DNA of 64,000 nt, from the IMG/VR virus record IMGVR_UViG_3300035183_000733, positions 186,001 through 250,000 of that record. One strand, written 5' to 3'. A model generated the notes under the pieces. The model was not told the origin of the DNA and ran no database searches. It worked only from the letters and a program-made list of their open reading frames with translations. Positions 35,462 through 45,777 of this stretch are shown piece after piece. The translations under genes and the position numbers were made by a program. The first letter of the stretch is position 1. Each line of letters begins with the position of its first letter.

Positions 35462-35992
35462 TTACGCTAATTTGAACTGTGATAGAAAATAACGGAGAAA
35501 CGCGTTCGTCTCGCCGCCGACCGACTTGACCCAATTTTTGTACTCTCCGACAGGATCTCGCTGATCGATGACCTGATTCTTCAGCCAGCGCTCACGGTCC
35601 GCATACGGCACCCCGTGGAATCCTGAAATATCGTCTACCGGACACGGGTATGTCTCGCGGTCCCACACCCTTGAGTCGACGAGAAACGCTATGCCACTGA
35701 GCGCGTCATTTAAGTCCGGTTCGTTGAACACGGCGAACTTGAATTTGGCAGGCAGCTGGCTCAGCTCCTCCGCGATATTGCTCATGCCGCTCGGCTCGTT
35801 GTTGTTCGTGGTCCCGCCGTTCAAGATGATGAACGTCTTGTCTTCCCTTGCGAACTCCTTGAACTCCTTGGTTCCGGAGTATTGGAACGCGTACTCGACC
35901 ACCGCGTGGCCGAACTGGATCCCCTTCTGTATGTCGGAGATGTTGTACGGGACGAACCCGTACATCCTGTATTTAATCCTTTCCTTCTTCAT
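35462..35992 (-). CDS. Peptidyl-tRNA hydrolase Pth2-like protein
   Basis: GIQFGHA, TFIILNGG, VFNEPDLNDALSGIAF. Confidence 0.5.
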   Translation of the reverse strand: MKKERIKYRMYGFVPYNISDIQKGIQFGHAVVEYAFQYSGTKEFKEFAREDKTFIILNGGTTNNNEPSGMSNIAEELSQLPAKFKFAVFNEPDLNDALSGIAFLVDSRVWDRETYPCPVDDISGFHGVPYADRERWLKNQVIDQRDPVGEYKNWVKSVGGETNAFLRYFLSQFKLA

Positions 35993-36788
35993 TATCTTTT
36001 TTAATTATAGGTCCTTCATCATTTATCCACGCTTCGAGGTCCGCGAGCGTGAACCACCCGTAATGGTGCTTTCTCTGCTCGACCGGATTCAACCAGAATA
36101 TTACGTCAGTTTTGTCGTCGTTCCAACTCGGAGACAACGCATAATAATCTTTGCCGGCGGTCTTCAGCTTTTCGTAGATTCCCATAGCCTCTACCTTCTT
36201 ACTCAACTCGAACGATGATTTGTCGGCCACATACATGGCATCCGTTATAGATTTGTCAAGCTTGGTCGCTATTGCTATAACGAACCCGCGATTGCTTATG
36301 AAGTTGCTGTTACCGAGAAATATCGCGATGTTGCGGGCGTAAAACGCCTCTTTGAGTTCGAGTATTTTTGACTGGTCGTCCGATACTATTAAGAATCCCC
36401 TGTCGCACCAGTACGCCACGAAATCAGATCCCTTGCGCAACCGCATGTCGCGAACCGCGTCCTTGACGAGCGTATCTATCCACTTGGCGAACATTGAGTC
36501 GTAGAATCCTATGAACCTGTGCTTGCCTGCTATACCATGGACGAACTGCTTTGGTATGGTGTTTATCAATCTCGCGGACAGTCCGAAGTTCGGCTCGTCC
36601 TTGGTGCGCACGGGCAGGCCGAATATCTTGGTGACCTTTTTCTTGACGATGCCGTCGATATTAAAGGCTGCCTTGATCAGGTCGATGCCCGACTCGTGCT
36701 CGGCGCAAAAGTCAGACCCAAGGTCCACCCCGCAGAACTCACCTTTCTCGTTGGTGAGCCAAGCTTTATTTAGTACAGTCTTCTTCAT
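35973..36788 (-). CDS. Hypothetical protein
   Basis: 271-aa ORF. Confidence 0.65.
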   Translation of the reverse strand: MKKTVLNKAWLTNEKGEFCGVDLGSDFCAEHESGIDLIKAAFNIDGIVKKKVTKIFGLPVRTKDEPNFGLSARLINTIPKQFVHGIAGKHRFIGFYDSMFAKWIDTLVKDAVRDMRLRKGSDFVAYWCDRGFLIVSDDQSKILELKEAFYARNIAIFLGNSNFISNRGFVIAIATKLDKSITDAMYVADKSSFELSKKVEAMGIYEKLKTAGKDYYALSPSWNDDKTDVIFWLNPVEQRKHHYGWFTLADLEAWINDEGPIIKKDNEEGKD

Positions 36789-36835
36789 CTGTGCGTTTGT
36801 TACAATAATAACAAAAAGCTCGTAATGGAAGAAAT

Positions 36836-36861
36836 AAAAAACCCTCGACTTAGCGAGGGTT
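36836..36861 (-). terminator. Intrinsic terminator
   Basis: AACCCTCG/CGAGGGTT stem with a T-run. Confidence 0.7.
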
Positions 36862-36883
36862 CTGTGAATTATTACCGCGGATT

Positions 36884-37258
36884 TTATACCGACTTTCTCT
36901 CGAGGAAGTCCTTCTTGAGTCGCTCCAGATTTCTCTGCAGCCTTTTGGAGTTGTCAATAACCCCTGTGTTTGTGCCGCTCTTGCGCTCGCGCTTGAGTGC
37001 GCCGACCATATTGTCTATGTTGTACTTCATGTTGGTGAGGATATTCATAGACTCAGGATCCAGGTTGGTGTAAGTCGTCTTGAGTAGGACTATTTCGTCC
37101 GACATCTCCGTTAGGAGCTGCGAGAGGTCAATGAGGGTCTTCTGGATTTTGGCTACCTTCTTCAGGTTGTCGGAAATCTCGAAGCTGCCGCTGACCTTAG
37201 GTGACTTAACTTTCTCGTTGACAGTTTCAAACTTATCAAGTGATTGTATTTTTTTCAT
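36884..37258 (-). CDS. Tagged hypothetical coiled-coil protein (MKKIQSLDKFETVNE)
   Basis: Start moved to 37258; GATATATA at 37280-37287. Confidence 0.6.
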   Translation of the reverse strand: MKKIQSLDKFETVNEKVKSPKVSGSFEISDNLKKVAKIQKTLIDLSQLLTEMSDEIVLLKTTYTNLDPESMNILTNMKYNIDNMVGALKRERKSGTNTGVIDNSKRLQRNLERLKKDFLERKSV

Positions 37259-37292
37259 CGAACGTGGCGATATTTTATTTATATATCCGGCT

Positions 37293-38066
37293 TTATTTGG
37301 ATATTTTGCAAGTCTGCGACAGAGTAAGCTGTTCTGCCAAGGCACAGGCCGAGGCCATGGCCGATGGTGTCGGGTAAAGCTTAGCGTCGACAGCTGCCGA
37401 TAACGTCTTCAGAAAGGCAAACAGAGGCTCGCCAAGAACCTGGCTGTACGATGCAACGTGACCGGTTTTAGTCTCTTTGCCGTCAATCCAGACCTCTGGG
37501 GCGGTGACCTTGACCCTCGATCCGGCTGTCGCGTTTATCTCGGAATCCGCCGTTATCGTGATGTTGTTGCCCCTGAGTTCTATGATAGCACTTGTGCCCT
37601 TGTGCTCTATGACTATTGCGTTATCGCTCTCTATTGTCACCCTCGATTCATCGAGGATGAAATTGAGACCCTTCTCCCTGGTGTAAAAAACCTTCAGACC
37701 CTTCTCGTCTTTATCATATATGAGCGCGTGCGCACCTTCGTAGGAATTCTTTATCTCTTCGAGCAGATCCGGCGACGCCTCCTGTATGTTATAGAAATAT
37801 GGCGAATACAGATTTCCGTTGTCGAACATGACGTTGACGACAGCGCCCTTCCTCGGTATGGATATGGCGCCGCTACCGCCGGCCGTCCCAAACGTTATAC
37901 CCATCTGCTGGTTGGCCCAAGGTATCTCGTCGTCCGCGAGGTCGTCGAACTTTCCGAACACGCGCACCCTGGCGCGACCCTGCTTGATGGGGTCCTCTAT
38001 GTCCACAACCTCACCCATGAACACCATGCTCTTGAGGTCGTCGTTCTTTAGTTCTCTTACTTTCAT
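37293..38066 (-). CDS. Baseplate hub/spike protein, gp5/VgrG OB-fold
   Basis: GEVVDIEDPIKQGRARVRV, IPRKGAVVNVMFDNG. Confidence 0.75.
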   Translation of the reverse strand: MKVRELKNDDLKSMVFMGEVVDIEDPIKQGRARVRVFGKFDDLADDEIPWANQQMGITFGTAGGSGAISIPRKGAVVNVMFDNGNLYSPYFYNIQEASPDLLEEIKNSYEGAHALIYDKDEKGLKVFYTREKGLNFILDESRVTIESDNAIVIEHKGTSAIIELRGNNITITADSEINATAGSRVKVTAPEVWIDGKETKTGHVASYSQVLGEPLFAFLKTLSAAVDAKLYPTPSAMASACALAEQLTLSQTCKISK

Positions 38067-38072
38067 GATTTA

Positions 38073-39386
38073 TTATTTGAATACGTTGCCTAAATCTGTC
38101 GGACTGTCCTTAGGAGGTTCCGGTACGTTAGGGTACACGTCCTCCTTGCCAAGTGTAGGCGGCACAGGCTGTTGCGCCGGATAGACGTTGTCACCTGCTG
38201 GTACCGTGAACTGATCCTCCCTATTTAGGAACCCGTTAAGTATGGCGCCGAGTGATGACTGGCTGCGGGCGTCGCCGTATACATTACCGAGAACCCGATC
38301 TCTCACCCGCTCTTGTAATTGGTTCAATCCACGCGCGACCAAGTCGCCAGGGGCTCTCTCGAGTTTCTTCTGAAGGTCACTTATGGAACCGCCGACGAGC
38401 GTGCCGAGCGTGCTGTAATTTGACGACTTACTGAAGGCAGAGCCGAGCTCGTTGGGGCTCTTGATCTGGTCCTTAAGCAATGTGCGATCTGGAACGTTGC
38501 CGTCCTTGATGTTTACCCGGCTTCGGTCATCAACACCGTATGAATCGGCAAGGGCCACGTATGAGTCATCAAAGCTCTTTATTTGGGAATACATGTTGTA
38601 CTCGCGTATTCTACCAACCTTGATTTTGAATTTCTGCTTTGCCATCTCCATCTCCGCATGTGAAAGGTTTTCGGTCGGCCAGCTCTCGTCGAAATCAAAC
38701 TCGCAGTACTCGAGCTTGAACTGTAATATGGATATTAGATCGGTGACCTCCTCGAGCGATACCTGTAAGGTGCCATTGGTTGGGTTTTCTATAACGCCCT
38801 GATCGGTCGTCGATACATTTTCTACCGCGCTCTTAATCCTGTGAAACTTACGCATCTCCGCCACCTGCAACACCATGGTAAAGTGCCTCAAATTTTCAGG
38901 GAGCAGTTCTCTCATGGCCACATAATCAAATGTAGCTTTCCTGTACATATCGGCAAGCGAGGTTATCCTCATGTCTATACTCTCCAGACAATTGATGGTT
39001 AGCACCTTGTCCTTACCCCTGAAACTATTGAACGTCTCGCCCTTCTCGACCTTCCATAGATCGCCGACACCCTCAACTGATTGGAAATAATAAGGCGTCT
39101 TGTTGTTTATGTACTCGAGGTTTTGTTTGAACGCTCTCAGCATTTTTGCCTTCTCCACATATCCAATGTTCATCAAGTATTCTTCGGCGGACTCAAGACC
39201 GTGTGGGTTGTCAGCCTCGGCAAATAGCGCGTCATGCGTCATTTTATCGAGCGGATCCCTATGCGACGGATGGAATTCAAATATGAATTTAAACCCAAGG
39301 TAAGTCGGGTCCTCGGTCTCTCCTTGTGGTGTATTCTTGAACCCCTTGTGAAAGTTCTGTACTATTTGGTCGTAGCTTGCAAACAT
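38073..39386 (-). CDS. Putative tail/baseplate structural protein
   Basis: 437-aa ORF within the baseplate operon; function inferred from context only. Confidence 0.5.
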   Translation of the reverse strand: MFASYDQIVQNFHKGFKNTPQGETEDPTYLGFKFIFEFHPSHRDPLDKMTHDALFAEADNPHGLESAEEYLMNIGYVEKAKMLRAFKQNLEYINNKTPYYFQSVEGVGDLWKVEKGETFNSFRGKDKVLTINCLESIDMRITSLADMYRKATFDYVAMRELLPENLRHFTMVLQVAEMRKFHRIKSAVENVSTTDQGVIENPTNGTLQVSLEEVTDLISILQFKLEYCEFDFDESWPTENLSHAEMEMAKQKFKIKVGRIREYNMYSQIKSFDDSYVALADSYGVDDRSRVNIKDGNVPDRTLLKDQIKSPNELGSAFSKSSNYSTLGTLVGGSISDLQKKLERAPGDLVARGLNQLQERVRDRVLGNVYGDARSQSSLGAILNGFLNREDQFTVPAGDNVYPAQQPVPPTLGKEDVYPNVPEPPKDSPTDLGNVFK

Positions 39387-39387
39387 C

Positions 39388-40845
39388 TTATCCTTGTGCT
39401 ATATTTTCAGAGGTCTGCGGCGGAATAGGCCACTCCCTCCTTGTTAGTATGAGCTCTTGCCTGAACACAGTATCGTCCGCGTTCCAGGATACGGTCATAC
39501 CCTTTATGTAATAGTATCCGCTGAGGAACCTATCAAATGTCAAACGCTCCTCCTCAGCCTGCTCTGGCTGCTTTGTAACCTGCAGCCTCGATTGAGACCC
39601 CGTATTCAATATCAATACAGGAACCCGCATGCCACGGTAAAGGTTAAAGTTGCATCTTGGCAACCACACCCTCAGTTCATACTTGTCTATCTCCTGACGG
39701 TTCTGCCAATTTTGAATAATCGCGTGCATGTAATTCTTATGGGCGTTGCCATCCGGCAGCGACTCGTGTATGCCGAGCCACTTGTACTTGTTGGTGTTCT
39801 TGTATATCTCCGGCTCCTTCATCCTGCCCCTCTGTAGTATCTTGTCGTCACCCACATTCTTAGTATTGGACGGCTCTATGAAGTGCGACTGGTATTTGTC
39901 CGCAGGATTACTCGCAGAGCCATGTGCATCGTAGAATTGCACGTATCTCCTGTAGCCGTTTGTTATTATCACTTCGCCCGCATTGCTGACAAGCGTATAA
40001 TTAGAAATCCAGTTACCCTGACCCCTCAGATTCTTGTGGTTGCTCAGTAGCAACTTAGTATCGAACTTCTCAAGCACGTGGCCAGCGTTATAGTCACGCT
40101 GTGCCTGGAAGTTATCAAGCGCTTCGTCAAGCTCGAACTCTTCGCCGAACTGGTTGTTTACGTTTACGAAGTTCAGGTTGTAGTACTTGTCTATGAAGAA
40201 ATCGAAGAAGCTGTCCTCGTCCTTATACGATGCCAGAGTCACGTCATTTATGAACTTCAAGTACGTGTCGAACGGGCAGATCCAAGTCATCTTGTCATCA
40301 GTCATCGTTTCATTCGAGGCGAAACCGAGCTGCAATTCTGTGGCCACGTCCATCAACACGTCCATGGAACCCTTATCCTTGAAAGCCCTGCAATGGTCGT
40401 AATACAAACCCGGAACCCGCAACACACCATTAAAAGTATACTTAGCGACCTCACCGTCACTATCTGTGCTCTTGCCTGACTGAACATTGGTTATCTCGAA
40501 GTCGAGGCGTATTGGGTTGAACTCGTCCAGCTTGCTTCGTACGAATATGGATATTGGGTCGCCGTCCTTGGGGTACGACTTCGATAGAAAAACACCATCA
40601 GAACTCACTACGGTCACCGACAAGGTGGGATATTCCCCGGTCTCATCGAGCCTGAACCGCGTTAGCTCGTTCTCGGTAAACTTGTACTTGTTTATTTGCA
40701 CGAGCGGGAACAGCGAGCCCATCTGCTTGTGCTTGCGCTCTGTGGACTGCACGGGCGAGTTTGGATCGTCCGTATTGATGTGGTCCATCTGGTCAAGCGC
40801 GATGGTCGGCTTGGCGAGTTTTATTATTTTCTTCTCTACTGCCAT
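39388..40845 (-). CDS. Putative baseplate hub (gp27-like)
   Basis: Position between the gp53- and gp5-like genes; SGYYYIKGM C-terminal motif. Confidence 0.5.
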   Translation of the reverse strand: MAVEKKIIKLAKPTIALDQMDHINTDDPNSPVQSTERKHKQMGSLFPLVQINKYKFTENELTRFRLDETGEYPTLSVTVVSSDGVFLSKSYPKDGDPISIFVRSKLDEFNPIRLDFEITNVQSGKSTDSDGEVAKYTFNGVLRVPGLYYDHCRAFKDKGSMDVLMDVATELQLGFASNETMTDDKMTWICPFDTYLKFINDVTLASYKDEDSFFDFFIDKYYNLNFVNVNNQFGEEFELDEALDNFQAQRDYNAGHVLEKFDTKLLLSNHKNLRGQGNWISNYTLVSNAGEVIITNGYRRYVQFYDAHGSASNPADKYQSHFIEPSNTKNVGDDKILQRGRMKEPEIYKNTNKYKWLGIHESLPDGNAHKNYMHAIIQNWQNRQEIDKYELRVWLPRCNFNLYRGMRVPVLILNTGSQSRLQVTKQPEQAEEERLTFDRFLSGYYYIKGMTVSWNADDTVFRQELILTRREWPIPPQTSENIAQG

Positions 40846-41453
40846 TATGAGTTCTTCTTAAAGATCTTGTTCTCGAGCAATTTGGCCTTGACTCTGGCGC
40901 GCGATGCGGGTTCCGGACAATTGTTTTTGTTTACAACCACATCCCCACCAAATATTATCTTGCCGTCCACGACCTTCATCTCCTGCGATCCCGGTTCCGC
41001 AAAATTAGGCGGAAGGGCCTGGGCGGAAGCATTTGGCAAGGTGCTTGATTTCTTCTTTATGAAATCGAGCCTCTTCTGGTCCTTCTTGCTGAGCCTCTTA
41101 GGGTCGAAGAACCTCTTCCTTATATCCTCTTTCTTGTTCTCTGTTCCTGTGGATGCCCTCGAAAGTTTCATGCTCGATTCGTCTATGAGTAGCAGGATGT
41201 CACCCGCGTCAACAGAGAACGGATTGGATACACTGTTAAACTTTAACAGGTAGTCAAAGTTATTCTGATTGCCCAGGACGTGCTTTGCTACCAGGTCCGG
41301 GCGCATAGCAAAATCCTCAGTGACCAGCACGGTACCTGTAATCAGCTGCTGACCGGTGAACTTGAAAGACGCCTCGGTCAGGTCTATGATTATTTCGTTG
41401 CTCACCGGGTTGGTGAACTCGCTCTTCCTTCTTAGTGTGTCAATCAGCAGCAT
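40845..41453 (-). CDS. Baseplate wedge protein (T4 gp53/LysM-like)
   Basis: MRPDLVAKHVLG...LLKFNSVSNPF. Confidence 0.6.
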   Translation of the reverse strand: MLLIDTLRRKSEFTNPVSNEIIIDLTEASFKFTGQQLITGTVLVTEDFAMRPDLVAKHVLGNQNNFDYLLKFNSVSNPFSVDAGDILLLIDESSMKLSRASTGTENKKEDIRKRFFDPKRLSKKDQKRLDFIKKKSSTLPNASAQALPPNFAEPGSQEMKVVDGKIIFGGDVVVNKNNCPEPASRARVKAKLLENKIFKKNS

Positions 41454-43186
41454 TATTTGTTACCGTTTGTTTTAGAATCTTTGAAACCTTCACCAGCCCA
41501 CGTGCGGGCTATGTTGATCTCAGTTATGTCGAACTTGTTGCCGTACATTGACGAGCCTTGTATCTTGGCGTTGTTTCCTCCGTTAGCATAAACTTCATTT
41601 ATGGCGGTAGAGGTCTGGAATCCTCTGCGTCCGGTTTCTGTATTATTGGCCACCTCACCCTTGGTGCCGGACGTGTCTATAACAGAGTTGTGTGTGGATG
41701 AGAATACTGAGTCGTCCTTGATACCATAATATAGACGACCGTTACCGAGGTTGAACATAGATTCAATATCGCCCTTGTCACGCGGCTTACCGTGCTTCAG
41801 CTTTATAGTGACCTTCATCTCCGTAGGGAAATCATCAGCACCGAGCAATTCGCCGAATTCAAACTCGACGTCTGTGCATATAAGGTTGCCAATCATCGCT
41901 ATCGGGTTCATCGGGTTACCAACCACGAGGTGCCACTCGCCCACCGGCCTACCGGTCAACAGCGAGTTCATGGCGAGGATCTGCGGACGGTCCTTAGCGG
42001 CTATCTCGCCCATAGCGAACTTAGCTCCACCGGTCGCAAGCTCCTTGAGCGCGCTGATGGGGTCCTGTAGCAATTTAGAGAAGGTGTCCATGAATGTGTT
42101 TCCGAGACTTTTGAATTCCTTGATCACGGAGTCGATATATCCTTCGACATCACCGGCGTAGAACGCTTTCTGATCGCCGAAGAAACTAACATTGGGGTGC
42201 TGCGGGAAGTACCTGATGGCACCGCCCCAGAACTTGGCGTTGTTGTAAGTGAGTGTCAATATGTTGGCGAGTATGTCGAGCATCGCCGCCTTCGGGTTGA
42301 TGCCGCCTATAGACTTCAAGCTATAGTGGAAGTTTAGCGCTATGTCGTGCTCGAACTTGAGACCCATGTCTCTTGCCATAGTCTTGTTAACGGAGTTAAC
42401 CGGTCCGTAAACTTTATTGGCGTACGGGCCTTCCGATCCATAAACCTGCTTAGCATAATCGGATTCGGCCTGCGCCTGTCCAGAATATTCTTTCGGATTA
42501 AGGAACCCCTTTATACCCGCGAGGATATTACCGCCAGGCACCGTAGCGAACGGGCTCGACTCGAATCCACGTTCATTACCGGTAACCTCCTGAACCTTGG
42601 CCTCTATCTCCTTCCAGTTAAGACCTGCGGCAAATTTCAAAATGTCCCCAACCTTATTGCCTGTCTCCTCTCCCATCCATGTGACGGCCTGTGCTATTGG
42701 CGGAACCTTCTTCTCGTCAGGTGTGCGCAAGTTATCGAGCATCGGAATTGGGAAGCGTCTGAGCGTCACCAGGTAATTGTTTGGGATCAGACCGTAGTAT
42801 TTACAATATAAGAAATCGGCGTATGCGTACGGGGTCGAGCCAAACGGGCTGTAACCATTGGAGTTCTCCTGCGACCAAGTAATTATTTGGCTTGCCGACG
42901 GATTCCTTGATTCTACCGGTGTCAGCTTGGCATTGTTCTTATCGTATAGGGCGTTGAAATCTCCCGCTGCCGATGAGTACCTGAATACCGAATAGTCATT
43001 AAATAAAGACTTGGTGCCTTGACCCGGCATTTCCTTTAAAGTGAGGTTGTCCGAGTAAGCGTAGCTGAAAAAATCAAGCGACTTAACGCTCCTGCTCTCG
43101 AAGTTCTGAGAAGAGAATACACTCTTCTTAGGATCCGGTGAGGTTGCGTTAGCCGTTGTTGTTACGTTTGTGCCTTCTCCTGCCAT
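41453..43186 (-). CDS. Putative baseplate/tail-tube-associated protein
   Basis: 577 aa; GNPMNPIAMIGNLICTDV...FPTEMKVTIKL resembles a tube-initiator fold; context. Confidence 0.45.
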   Translation of the reverse strand: MAGEGTNVTTTANATSPDPKKSVFSSQNFESRSVKSLDFFSYAYSDNLTLKEMPGQGTKSLFNDYSVFRYSSAAGDFNALYDKNNAKLTPVESRNPSASQIITWSQENSNGYSPFGSTPYAYADFLYCKYYGLIPNNYLVTLRRFPIPMLDNLRTPDEKKVPPIAQAVTWMGEETGNKVGDILKFAAGLNWKEIEAKVQEVTGNERGFESSPFATVPGGNILAGIKGFLNPKEYSGQAQAESDYAKQVYGSEGPYANKVYGPVNSVNKTMARDMGLKFEHDIALNFHYSLKSIGGINPKAAMLDILANILTLTYNNAKFWGGAIRYFPQHPNVSFFGDQKAFYAGDVEGYIDSVIKEFKSLGNTFMDTFSKLLQDPISALKELATGGAKFAMGEIAAKDRPQILAMNSLLTGRPVGEWHLVVGNPMNPIAMIGNLICTDVEFEFGELLGADDFPTEMKVTIKLKHGKPRDKGDIESMFNLGNGRLYYGIKDDSVFSSTHNSVIDTSGTKGEVANNTETGRRGFQTSTAINEVYANGGNNAKIQGSSMYGNKFDITEINIARTWAGEGFKDSKTNGNK

Positions 43187-43245
43187 GGTTAAAATATTTA
43201 ATTTCGGGTCCTTTGCGGTCCTTACTATTATATATTCTCACCAAT

Positions 43246-43608
43246 TTAAGGCTGTATTTCGTCGAATAGACGGTAGATGGGTTTAAGTTCTTGTCCAGGG
43301 TCGAACAAGATATATTCGAATTTGGTCCCGTTGGCCCTGAAGAAGGCCTTTACGTTCTTTACGAGGGTACCGGTGATGTTGTAGTGGAAGTATATCACCT
43401 GGGTAGACTTCTTATTATTCATGGCCTGCATCAGGCGCTTCTCTATCTCATTGTTAGATATGAAGTCCTGGGCCGTCGATATTATGCCGGCGTCCGTGTA
43501 GTCGGACTCCAATATAATCTCACGGGCATCTATGATATAGCTCTGCCTGAAGTTGTCGACCTGCTTACGGACGGTCTTCCTGTCCTCCTTGGTGAATATG
43601 AATCTCAT
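43246..43608 (-). CDS. Hypothetical protein
   Basis: Start moved to MRFIFTKE. Confidence 0.5.
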   Translation of the reverse strand: MRFIFTKEDRKTVRKQVDNFRQSYIIDAREIILESDYTDAGIISTAQDFISNNEIEKRLMQAMNNKKSTQVIYFHYNITGTLVKNVKAFFRANGTKFEYILFDPGQELKPIYRLFDEIQP

Positions 43609-43650
43609 GTAAATAGGTGCCGGACGCCTTATCCACGCCCGGCACATTAT

Positions 43651-44121
43651 TTATCTGCGCTTTCCGGCGCGCATTATTTTGATGCGGTCCCTCTTCTCGG
43701 ACTCTTTCTGACGCTTTCTTGCCACAGCCCTCTTTCGCCTCTCGCCTGCTTTAACCTGCTCGGCAGCCTTGGCAGCCTTCTGTCTCTCGACGGATTCTTT
43801 GGCCAGAGTCAACGTCGCCTGCCTCGATTTAGAACGCTCCTCCTGACGCGCCCTATCGTGTGCGAGATTGTTCGCCATTATCTCCTTGGCACGGTCGGAC
43901 CCGTACGTGGCGGTGAGATTCTCGAGCATGCGGGCCTCCCTGTCAGCACGGGCCTCCCTTAAGCGTACCTCGTTCTCCGCCAGAAACTGCCTGTGTATCT
44001 GGTCGCCAGCCTCTCTTGAACGCTTGCGTCTCTCGGCCGCTTGCGCCTGGTTTTCATTCTTAGTTGACAGGAGGCCAAGCTGCTTGGCCAATCTGCGACG
44101 TTCTCTTCTGTTGTAGTGCAT
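43651..44121 (-). CDS. Basic coiled-coil hypothetical protein
   Basis: NRRERRRLAK motif; Arg/Lys-rich. Confidence 0.55.
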   Translation of the reverse strand: MHYNRRERRRLAKQLGLLSTKNENQAQAAERRKRSREAGDQIHRQFLAENEVRLREARADREARMLENLTATYGSDRAKEIMANNLAHDRARQEERSKSRQATLTLAKESVERQKAAKAAEQVKAGERRKRAVARKRQKESEKRDRIKIMRAGKRR

Positions 44122-44129
44122 CTGTATCT

Positions 44130-44441
44130 TTATTTACGGTTTTTTCTTCGTGCTTGCTTCTGCATGCGGCGGTTCTTCTTGCGCTTCTGCTCGGTTTTTT
44201 TGGACATCTGCTTTTTAGGCACACTCCTCCTGAAAGGATTAAAGGACACGGACTTAGGCTCAGCAAGCACCTCCAAATTAGATTGCGGGTTTATGTCCGC
44301 GGCGTTCTTATCCGGATCGAGGAACCCGTCCTTGTTCTCGTCGTTCTGCATCAATCCCTCGAGAAATACAGAATCTCCAAACCCCTTCTCCCCGTTTGCG
44401 TGCCCACCTACGAAATTGGGCTGTTCTTTTTTCTGTTCCAT
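44130..44441 (-). CDS. Hypothetical protein with a basic C-terminus
   Basis: 103-aa ORF. Confidence 0.5.
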   Translation of the reverse strand: MEQKKEQPNFVGGHANGEKGFGDSVFLEGLMQNDENKDGFLDPDKNAADINPQSNLEVLAEPKSVSFNPFRRSVPKKQMSKKTEQKRKKNRRMQKQARRKNRK

Positions 44442-44590
44442 TATTTAGTGAGTGTTAATTTCTCCTACAACTTCAACCTTGTATTCTTGCCCGAGTTTAG
44501 AAAAGATCCCGTCGAGCGCCGCCTTGTTCTCCTCGGATGGCTCCACCTTTGAGTAAACCACAGCCACGTTGTCGATACCTACTCCAGCGC

Positions 44591-45196
44591 CTATGATGCC
44601 CTCTTGAGAACATCATCTTTTACGTCGGCAGGCAGCGGCTGTTTCGCCGTTGTTTTTGTTTTTGTTTTTGTTTCTTCTTCCGGCTGTTGCTGTCCGGTGA
44701 ATCCGAATATGTACCTGAACACCTTCATAAACAACGAGGGTATGAAGCAGTCGTCGGTATTTAATGCGTCCTTGACCGGGACCATGCTGAAACCTGATTT
44801 GTCTTCGCCCTCTGTCGCCAGACGCTCGAGGCCGGTAACATCGCATGCGAAGCACGGATGCGAGCATGCGTCATGCTTGCTCGTTGTGAGAAACCCGAGG
44901 AACGTCCACCTATCGGGATCAAGCACATCAAAGCCGCCGTCCTCCTTGAGCATCCTCTGTGCAGTGCTCAATACATCGGGGTCCTCGTCAGTGGACGATC
45001 CAGTAAGCAGCGTAACCGACTTACCTCCGTCCCTAAATGGGTTCGTCTCTTCTACAACGCCTATTGTCGCGGGGAGCCCGCGTACAGAAGTATACGGCAT
45101 TATCACTATGCTGAGACCGTTCATCTCGGTACCAACACGTCCGTCCTTCTTTATGACGGAGAACCAATCGTTTGAATGTAAAATCTCTTTTTCCAT
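44591..45196 (-). CDS. Degenerate Nudix-fold protein; probably extends to about 44445 after frameshift correction
   Basis: GSSTDED.....AQRMLKEDGGF (altered Nudix box); downstream frames read GIIGAGVGIDNVAVV...KLGQEYKVEVVGEINTH*. Confidence 0.5.
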   Translation of the reverse strand: MEKEILHSNDWFSVIKKDGRVGTEMNGLSIVIMPYTSVRGLPATIGVVEETNPFRDGGKSVTLLTGSSTDEDPDVLSTAQRMLKEDGGFDVLDPDRWTFLGFLTTSKHDACSHPCFACDVTGLERLATEGEDKSGFSMVPVKDALNTDDCFIPSLFMKVFRYIFGFTGQQQPEEETKTKTKTTAKQPLPADVKDDVLKRAS

Positions 45197-45762
45197 TATT
45201 CGTAGAATTTTTTTATCGCGTCCTTGACCGCAGCACGGATATTTTCTATATTTATATCGGCCACGATGTACTCAACTATCTCCTCCTGCGCGTTCTCAAA
45301 AGAGTTCTCCAAAACCTTGTAGAGCTCCTTGGGCGGCATATTGAGGTCGAGCGATATGTCAACGCCCACCCTGTTTGGCTTTTGCTTCTTAAGCAGGCTG
45401 TGTATGGGACTATCCTTTACAGTAGCGACCGACGCGTTGCGTATGGTTGCTTTTCCTATTGTGTTCAACGGCTGGTCAAGAGATATTGGGTCTCCTCCCA
45501 GTTGCATGGCTTCTTGCTCCGAATTGAGCTTCACGAGCATCTCCTCGAGCAGATTGTAGTTTACCCTGCTGCCATCGTCGAACCCTACGAACAGAAGACC
45601 ATCATCCTCCATAACATCCTGGAATCGGCAAACCGTACCCGCGCGCTCCGTCTTCACCCACTGGTAAAGAGGCACCGCCGATAAGGTTTCGCGCAGAGAT
45701 TGTAATTGTTCTGGCGTCATCTTATTTGTATCTTTTTTTAATAAATTCCTTAACCATTTCAT
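45196..45762 (-). CDS. Hypothetical protein
   Basis: 188-aa ORF. Confidence 0.6.
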   Translation of the reverse strand: MKWLRNLLKKDTNKMTPEQLQSLRETLSAVPLYQWVKTERAGTVCRFQDVMEDDGLLFVGFDDGSRVNYNLLEEMLVKLNSEQEAMQLGGDPISLDQPLNTIGKATIRNASVATVKDSPIHSLLKKQKPNRVGVDISLDLNMPPKELYKVLENSFENAQEEIVEYIVADINIENIRAAVKDAIKKFYE

Positions 45763-45777
45763 CTTATCCGTTTAAGA

